In this document: piece after piece, positions 55,990 through 64,000 of the stretch | Position numbering within the stretch: the first letter of the stretch is position 1 | Layout of the letters: the number at the start of each line of letters is the position of its first letter | Assembly: GCF_009914755.1 (NCBI RefSeq) | Contig: NC_060934.1 | Strand: one strand, 5' to 3' | DNA from: the human T2T-CHM13v2.0 reference genome, Homo sapiens | DNA length: 64,000 nt | Program-made: the position numbers and the translations under genes | Notes under the pieces: model-generated | Told to the model about the DNA's origin: nothing | Seen by the model: the letters and a program-made list of their open reading frames with translations, nothing else | Databases searched by the model: none

Positions 55990-56879
55990 GAAAAATATTC
56001 TGAAAAAGAGCCCATAAGCTTCCTCAGATTATGAAAGAGCTCTATGGCACAGAAAAGTTTAAAAACTCTTGTTCCATAGGGACAGTGTGTGTGACTCAGA
56101 ATAAGCTCATTCATAGCTTGCAGGCATGGCTAAGAGAAAGCTGATGTCTTGTGGAAAACATGTTCATTGTCCTGGCTCAGATGGGAGGCCACTACGGTCC
56201 CCTTACAAGAGTACTTCTCCAGTGTCTGCCATCATTAAGCCATTATTTGGCACCCCATGGAAACTCGGAGGCAGTCTCCCTGTGTCTCAGTCATCACCCA
56301 AGATTTTGGTCCCTTTGGTCTTCCATCCTGTGGCCCTTATCCAATTTTCTGTGTTCATTCTTATGCCTTCAACCCAGCATCCTCCAAATTCCCCTCCCTC
56401 CAAAATCCCTGGAACTCTGCAGTATAGAAAAGAAGTCCTCAAACATCTTCAACCCACATGGAATTCTCTCCATCTGCCTGCTTCATTGAAACGTGGCTCC
56501 TTCCCAAAGACACAGCTTCCTTGTCCCTCAGCCTTTAGGGTTGGAAGGAGGGGTTAGCATTTTCCTCCCTGAACAATGGTATTTCCAAACTAACCTCCAC
56601 CCACAGAGAGGAATGCTTCAGCTTTTGAACTCAAGCCATCTAACTGTATCACCATCTATACCTCTTCATTTGGTCACTGCTGGCTTTCTGATCACCAGTC
56701 CACACGTTCAATACTTTTAGCCCCCAGTCCTCTTGTCATTGTAGCAATGACATCAGTAACCACATGGATAATGCATCCAGCACTGGCTGCCACACTTGGC
56801 TTCAGCTACTTTCTCCTGTGGCTATCCCCACTGCTATGTCATCAGCTGGAACTATTTCCCCTTTGGACCACAACCTTCT

Positions 56880-57100
56880 AGAGGCAGTGCAGTATAGCGT
56901 GAAAAACTTTGGCTTTGATGCCTGGGTACGAATCCCAGCTTTGCCATGTACTAGCTAGGAGACCATAGACAAGTTACTCAATCATTCCATGCTTATAAGA
57001 TGTGAATAACAGTAGTCCTATCCCAGAGAGTTGAGTTAATGTGCAAAATACAGAACACTGCTTGGCACACAGAGCTATTTATGCACTGGCTTCCATTACT
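56880..57100 (+). mobile_element. MIR
   Basis: gaggcagtgcagtatagcgtgaaaaac...cctgggtacgaatcccagctttgcca...caagttactcaatc. Confidence 0.75.
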
Positions 57101-57752
57101 ATCCTTTCTGATTGCTCGTGCCTTCACTTCTTTGGTTCCTTGAACTCCTCCCACCCTCTTTTTCCCTCCAAAAGTAACTATTGTAACTATTTACTCCTGT
57201 CTTGTGCCTCCTTCCCTATCCAGCCACACTGTCTCCTATATAATGCCTGCTTAATAGACATTTGTATCATGGGTGAATGAATCAAGGATCCATAACCTCA
57301 CCTGCATTCTGGTCCATAGCCCCAATCCCCTTGCCTTCTTGTCTTTTAAATAAACACACACAATAAATATGCCAACCCCAGATCTAACTCTAGCTCCACT
57401 ATCTTCTCTCCTCCTGTCTCTGAGAGGTTGGCTGCATCCACTACAAATTCAGAATCTCCAGCCTCAATTCTGCCCAGCCTTTACGTGCCTCAAGTCAGCT
57501 CTCTTTCCCAGTCTTTACAACAGTGACTTTTAGCCTTTAACGCTTTCCTATCACTTCCGCATTCGCCCTTATCAATGACCTTGCTTCCTACTTTATAAAT
57601 CTAGTGTTTCCAGGCCAGTGGACAAGGTGTCCTTCTGAGTAAGGTAAATTCCTACTCCCGTGTTCCAACTTCTGTCCAGTCCATCAGACCTGAAGCTTTT
57701 AAGCTGCACGAGAAGAAATCTTTCTTTATATTTTATAATAACTGTTAGTAGA

Positions 57753-57997
57753 GGCTGGGTGCAGTGGCTCACGCCTGTAGTCCCGGCACTTTGGGAAGCC
57801 AAGGCAGGCAGATCTCAAGAGTTTGAGACCATCCTGGGCAACATGGTACAAACCCATCTCTACTGAAAATACAAAAATTAGCTAGGCATAGTGGCATGCA
57901 CCTGTAGTCCCAGCTACTTGGGAGGCTGAGGGGGGATGATCGTGGCACTGCACTCTGGCCTGAGTGACAGAGCCAGATGCTGTCTCAAGAAAATAAA
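57753..57997 (+). mobile_element. Alu with internal deletions
   Basis: Forward dimer; right arm jumps ggaggctgagggggga|tgatcgtggcactgcac. Confidence 0.85.
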
Positions 57998-59327
57998 TGT
58001 TGGTAGTATTCAACAGATGGTAGGAGCGGATCAATTCTGTCCAGATGAGATACCCTGGGAAGGCCAACCTCACATGGGGATTATGCAGAAAAATTGCTTG
58101 ATATGACATATTCTGATCAAATAGTAGTAATTACCCAAAAGGGTAATGAAATCAAGGCCTGGCCAATCACTTTAAGAGTCAGAGTAACAACAACAACGAC
58201 AACAAAACCCTCTTCTTACAGCCAATGATTTAATAAAAATTTCAACCATTTTGCTAATTCACTTGGCTAATTCTAAGAATTTTCTGAATTTCAAGATTGT
58301 TAGCTATGGGAATAGTTCAAAGGTCGGAGGCCTTTAAAAATAGCATTGACCTGGTCAAGATGGATTAAATGCCCATTCTAGGGCCTTAACCCATTCTAAT
58401 TCCACTTCTGTGTTAATATATCTGACCTAAATGTCTAAAAACATACTGTTTTTTTTCTGAGAAAGTGCACAACCCCATTGGTGGATGTTTTTACATAGAA
58501 AAGAAAACAGCTTAAAATATATCAGACTATTTCAGTTACAGAAGCAACAACCCAAAAAGAAAAAGAAGGCATCTGGAGAAAGAATCATTGAAATTGTTTT
58601 TTTTTTTTTTTTTTTCCCTGAACCAAACTCCAGTTTACTGTTTTTCCTGGGAATGTGATTTTATAGTTGGGAAGTGAGATGTTGGCATGGTGGCTGCATT
58701 TCAAGTATATTATTGGTGCACAAGAGAATACAATGAAAAGATCAGCAAGAACCTCAAAGTCTATGGCCTCTTGAGAGTTATATTAGGAATGGATGAGCTT
58801 AGATGTCTACAGAAGTCACCTTAAGGGTTAGGGTGGTTCCCTAGTCAAAGGAAGAAAATCAGGGAGGCCTGAAGTATAGTAGAAATAAGATAGGATCCGG
58901 GGTCAGATACCCAAGTTTGAATCTTAACCACTAATTAGTTCCATGACTGTCCAATCATAACCTTGTAGAGCCTTACCTTACAGAATAATCGTATTTACTT
59001 CCTATACTGGTGGTACCGAGCAAGAAGCTAAGTAATAAGTCAATCATACGTAAGAGGTAGGCAATTTACCCTTCTCCCTTGCCTTCTGCACATAAATTTA
59101 AATGAGGCAGAATTAAGTGAGAAAGAGCCTATAGCCTAACCCTCCATGTTCCAAGTTCTGCAGAAGAAAACTGATCAACAGGGAAGAACCTGACAAGATG
59201 CTGGGAAGGGGATCTGTGGACTTGACAAGGCTTACCCAGCACTGTCCAGGGACAGGAAAGGGAGGCACTGAATTTAGATCCCTGAGTAGGAATTGCTGAT
59301 CTTTGCACTTGTGATACTCTGTGGGTG

Positions 59328-59857
59328 TGTCAGACATGTATGAACCAGAGCGACTCCATTTTGTGTAGAGGCTGGGTAATATAAGGCTGAGACCTACTGG
59401 GCTGCATTCCCAGACAATTCAGGCATTCTAAGTCACAGGATGAGATACGAGGTCAGCCCAAGATAAAGGTCATAAAGACTTTGCTGATAAAACAGCTTGC
59501 AGTAAAGAAGCCGCTAAAACCAACGTGGTGACCTGAGTGTCCTCTGGTGGTCCTCACTGCTACACTCCCACCAGTGCCATGACAGTTTAGAAATGCCAAG
59601 GCCACATCAGGAAGTTACTGTATATTGTCTAAAAAGGGGAGGCATAAGTAATCCACCCCTTGTTTAGCATATTACAAAGAAGTAACCATAAAAATGGGCA
59701 ACCAGCAGCTCCCAGGGCTGCTCTGTCTATGGAGAAGCCATTCTTTTATTCTTGTACTTTCTTTCATTTTACTCCATGGCCTCGCCTTGAATTCTTTCTT
59801 GCAGAAGATCCAAGAACCCTCTCTTGGGGTCTGGATCAGGACCCCTTTCTGGTAACA
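59328..59857 (+). mobile_element. MER41A solo LTR (ERV1)
   Basis: tgtcagac...gaaccagagcgactccat...gatccaagaaccctctcttggggtctggatcaggacccctttctggtaaca; perfect 4-bp TSD ggtg. Confidence 0.92.
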
Positions 59858-60688
59858 GGTGGGCTTCAGAGGGCTATGTGCACATCTTGGCACTGAATAC
59901 AAATGTTGCATGTATATTAATGTACTTATCTGGGAGAGGGTTCATCACCAGACTCTCAGAGGAGTCTGTGACCAAGAAAAGATTAAGATGGCTGCACCAG
60001 ATGCTGAAGGGAAGCTAAGACATACTAAATTACAGGAGCCCATGAGTCTGAGGTTGAGTTCCTACATAACTTAGTATAAAAACAAACTGGGTTGGGAAAC
60101 CACTGATCTAGCCAAGTTAGTCTCCAAAATATGCCGCTTTGGCATAAGGATTATTTCTAGCTGGTTATTTTGAGACCCCTTTGTAATAGAAAATTCCATC
60201 TATTAAGGAAGGAGATCTCCATTTGTAAGAGTGCCTTCCTCTCTGCACCAGGAATAGGAGGAGGACTAAGTAACTAAAGAATGGAGACGGCCTTGAATCA
60301 TCTACTTCAAAAGTCTTACCTTTGTTGAAGGCGGTTTTCCTGACCATCTTCTTAAATGGGCCTTTACCTATACCCTTCTTTCTTTCTTTAGGTAAATGAT
60401 AGTAATTAAGCCAGAAGTCTATGCTCTATGCCTTTGAGATGTCCATTTTCTCTCTTGTTTTCTCTAGAACCTTACAGCTAGCCCTTTGACATGGAAATTT
60501 TAAGGGAGATGACTCATCAGAAGAAAAATGACATTTGGGCAAATGAAAATTCTTGTCTTTTCCACAAATATTACTAAAAAGCTTTGCTACCAGAGCAAGT
60601 AATCTTAACTTCTTCCATCTGCCAGAAACATAATTAGAATTCAGCTATTCTGTAAAGTAGTAAATTTTGTGGGTTTTGTATCTGGTAC

Positions 60689-61322
60689 TGATACAGGAGC
60701 TAAAAAGAAATTTAGGCAGTTGGTGAGGGTAAAAGTCGTCGGCAAAGTTTCCCTTTTAATAAAAAGCAGCTCCAAAGTCATTTCTTTTCTAAGAAAGAAC
60801 AGTCTGCAAAATGAAGCTACAGACATAGAAAAGCAAGCTGGAAGCTTGCACGGGTGAATGCTGGCAGCTGTGCCAATAGGAAGAGGCTACCTGGGGGTGA
60901 GTCATGTTCAACATGGACGCCCTATCTTCCCTTTTCTTTGTCAACCACATGTACAGTAATGAAGCAGGCAACATGGCACCGGCCAGGTAGAGACCCCATC
61001 TGCATAATAAAAGATTAGGGTGGGGTGGCCAGCTTCTTCACCTGCTATGCAAGTGGCACACCTGGTCCTACCAATCTTTTGTCCCCTGTGTAAATCAGAC
61101 ACTGCCTCCTCAAGCTCCTCTATAAAACCCCATGCATTTCACCACAGAATCAGATGACCCACTTGGGAGCCCCCCTCTCTCCAAAGGAGAGAGAGCTTTT
61201 CTCTTTCTCTCGCCTATTCAACCTTGGCTCTTAAACTCACTCCTTGTGTGTCCTCGTCCTTGATCTCCTTGGTGTGAGGCAAAGAACGTGGGGTATTACC
61301 GCAGATGAATGACGCCATTTCA
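60689..61322 (+). mobile_element. LTR9B-like solo LTR
   Basis: tgatacaggagctaaaaagaaatttaggcag...gacgccatttca; perfect 4-bp TSD gtac (60685-60688, 61323-61326). Confidence 0.88.
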
Positions 61323-61610
61323 GTACATGCCTAAATTTTAAAATGAAACCTACAACAGAGGGCTCTGTCTTTATGTTTATTTCTCTCTGTAGGTACGTAT
61401 GTGTGATTTTTTTCTATCTTCAGATGGTATTACCAAAATTAAGTTATAAAAGAGCTTTATTTAATTGGCTTAAGCGCTTATATAAATTAAGTACTCCTTA
61501 AACTCTTAGGAAAAAAATGAATCCAAAATACCTTCCAAGTTTATGTGTTCTAGGATAATCTTTGGTTAAAGTTTGTCAGTTTAATGAAAATAGAGTGGTC
61601 AGCATTAGAT

Positions 61611-63061
61611 AGTAAACCAAAAAATACAATTCTAAGCACCCCCCCGCAAACGACTACATGGAACCCCCATCTTGGCCAAGGGAACCCCAAAGAAATGTGA
61701 AAAACTAGTTTAGGCCATGATGGTGATGAGGTAGCTAAAAAGAAATTATTTAGGCAGTTAGTGAGGGTATGAGAATCCTCGGTAAGGTTTCCCTTTTAAC
61801 AAAAAGCAGCCTGAAAAATCAAGCTGCAAACACAAGCTTGCATAGGCAAATGCCAGCAGCTATGCCAATAGAAAAGGGATACTTGGAAGCCAGGTACATT
61901 CAACATGGAGGTTCCCTCCTCCCTTTTCTTTGTCGCCACATGTGCAGTAGAAAGGCAGGCAACATGGCGCTGCCCAGGTAGAAACCCCATCTGCATAACA
62001 ACAGATTAGGGTGGGATGGCCAGCCTCTTTGTGTACTATGTAAATGGCACACCTGGTCTGACCAGTCTTCTGGGCCCTATGTAAATCAGACACCGCCTCC
62101 CCAAGCTTGTCTATAAAACTCTGTGCATTTTGCCACAGATGAGACGACCCACTTGGAAGACCCTCTCTCTCTGCAGGAAGAGAGTTTTTCTCTTTCTCTC
62201 TATTAAACCTCTTCTCTTAAGCTCACTTGTTATGTGTCCACATCCTTGATTTCCTTGGCATGAGATGACGAATCTTGGGTATTTACCCCAGACAACGTTG
62301 CTGCTACAATGGGAAGGGACAGGTTCCACTGGCCTCATTTCACCCTCCTCCCTTAAGAGTTGACATACAACCGACCAGTGTTAACATTAAAACAGGGATC
62401 TTAAGACTGACAAAGCAGAGTCTTTGTAGCAGTAAGATACCAAAGTGATTCCAGTAGAGTACCACATGACAGATAACAGGCCCTGAACGAAATTATTTTA
62501 CCCCAAAATATATTTCTTTGACATATTCCAAAATGGCCCTACAAAGCTCTCTCTCATGGGGGAAACTTGTGTTCCATTGAGAATCTCCTTCCCTTACTAG
62601 AGTCTGATACATTTTAGGGTCCAAGAAGACATTCACCATCCATTCTCTCTGACGCCTGCTACCTGGAGGCTTCATCTACGTGACAAGAACCTTGGCTTCC
62701 ACAACCCCCTTCTCTAAACACAAGCGTTTTTTAATGCTGAATTCAATTCTTCAGGCAGAGCTTAACTCTTTCAACCAACTGCCAATCAGGAAATGTTTGA
62801 ATCTGCCTCTGACCTGGAAGCCCCTGCTTTGAGATGTCCTGCTTTCCTGGGCCGAATCAATGTATTCATTTCATCTATTGATTTATGTCTTTGCCTGCAA
62901 TGTCTGTCTCCTTAAAATGTATAAACCAAGCTGTAAACCACCCACTTTGGGCACATGTTCTCAAGACTTCCTGGGGCCATATAATGGGCCATGGTTCTTA
63001 ACTTAGGCAAAATAAACCTATAAATTGATTGAAACCTGTCTCAGACACTTTCCAGTTTAGA
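61611..63061 (+). mobile_element. MER4(D/E)-like LTR interrupted by an LTR9
   Basis: gtaaaccaaaaaatacaattctaagc...aaaactagtttaggccatgatgg|gaaggg...aaattgattgaaacctgtctcagacactttccagttta. Confidence 0.8.
61724..62308 (+). mobile_element. LTR9-family solo LTR nested in the MER4 LTR
   Basis: TG...CA with a perfect 4-bp TSD atgg (61720-61723, 62309-62312); homologous to 60689-61322. Confidence 0.88.
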
Positions 63062-64000
63062 AATATAATACAGACTCATAACTTTTCCTACCTATGTTTA
63101 CTAGTAAAATAAGCTCATGTTACCTCTGTAGTACAAAATTTGTTAGCAAGAAAAATAACTTAAGGTGACGGATACTTAATGTCTCATTGTCATGAGCAAT
63201 CCAAGTATAATTGTTAAGAACAATGAATTAGATGTAGGAAAAATATTCCCATGGGAAAGGGGTCTTCCCTATACTAGAAGGTTTTAATATTCTTACCAAG
63301 GATGGAAGTTCAGGCTGAGGAAAATGTGTACAAACAACAATTTCATTCTCAGGCCTAGCCAAAAATTCTAATAAGGATAGAGATACAACTTTCCCTCCCC
63401 TATAGCTTTTTATTAGAGACTAAAGATAGCTGAATCTGTTAGTAAACATGTTCTGTGTCGCAATGAAAAAAATTATTCTATGAGGAAGCACATGCTTCTA
63501 GAAATTACGATTCATAAATTTGTCAATCTACAGACAGCTGGTGTAATAGGGTTCACAACTGCTTGCTTCCTTTCACTGGAAATTAAGATGATTTAGTATA
63601 TAACTAAAATTACCAGAAATAATACGGGAAACAACTCTATATGCAAGCATACAAAATAAGTAAGATGAATTTTCAGAAAATCTATAAGGTAGGAGAATGT
63701 GTTTTGTTAAAGGCAAAAAGAGAATAATTTTTGTCCTAAAATAGAATGGCATTGTTCCACAGTGAGAAAAAAAGTATAGGGAAAAAAAAAACCCCGAATG
63801 GATATAAGAAAACTGTAGGATGCTTGTAAAAGTAGAATCATGGGAAAGGAATTATATGTGTGATCAAATTCCTAATATTTGCTAATATTTGAAGGGAATT
63901 AAGTTGCTTTTAAATTCTAACATTAATATCAAAAGTACGCTGATACAAAACTAGAATGTGGTCCTCTGTGTTAAAACAGCAAGGTTTTCTTGGAGTTCTA

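Larger units (their letters stand above)
60110..64000 (+). mobile_element. Decayed ERV1-class (MER4-group-like) sequence hosting nested LTRs
   Basis: AT-rich ERV-internal-like sequence resumes in register after each nested LTR; subfamily and strand not securely resolved. Confidence 0.5.

Noticed and set aside
60689-62308. LTR-internal-LTR mini-provirus
   Set aside because: Each LTR has its own distinct TSD and the second interrupts a different LTR.

Overview
Human (primate) genomic DNA, not microbial. The only protein-coding sequence is the last coding exon of CCDC3 (coiled-coil domain containing 3 / favine; chr10p13 from prior knowledge) on the minus strand at 16805-17068. Its ~1.8 kb 3' UTR ends near 15014, after an AATAAA at 15039-15044. 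Positions 17069-64000 are the large preceding intron, and 1-15000 is downstream intergenic sequence. The rest is dominated by interspersed repeats: about 30 Alu copies or fragments, several L1/L2/MIR remnants, MaLR/ERVL/ERV1 LTRs, an ERVL gag-pro remnant, DNA-transposon MITEs, a truncated 5S rRNA pseudogene and microsatellites. I found no evidence for a new gene or a new multi-component biological system. The observations worth following up are small and mostly structural: a likely L1 3' micro-transduction, multi-layer LTR nesting with twin SOX-OCT motifs, a ~190 bp duplication capturing half an Alu, recombined Alu monomers, template-switch scars, an A17T15 palindrome, and candidate CTCF/CRE sites. 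Repeat subfamily names come from my recall of consensus sequences. Boundaries of old repeats are approximate unless a target-site duplication (TSD) is quoted.
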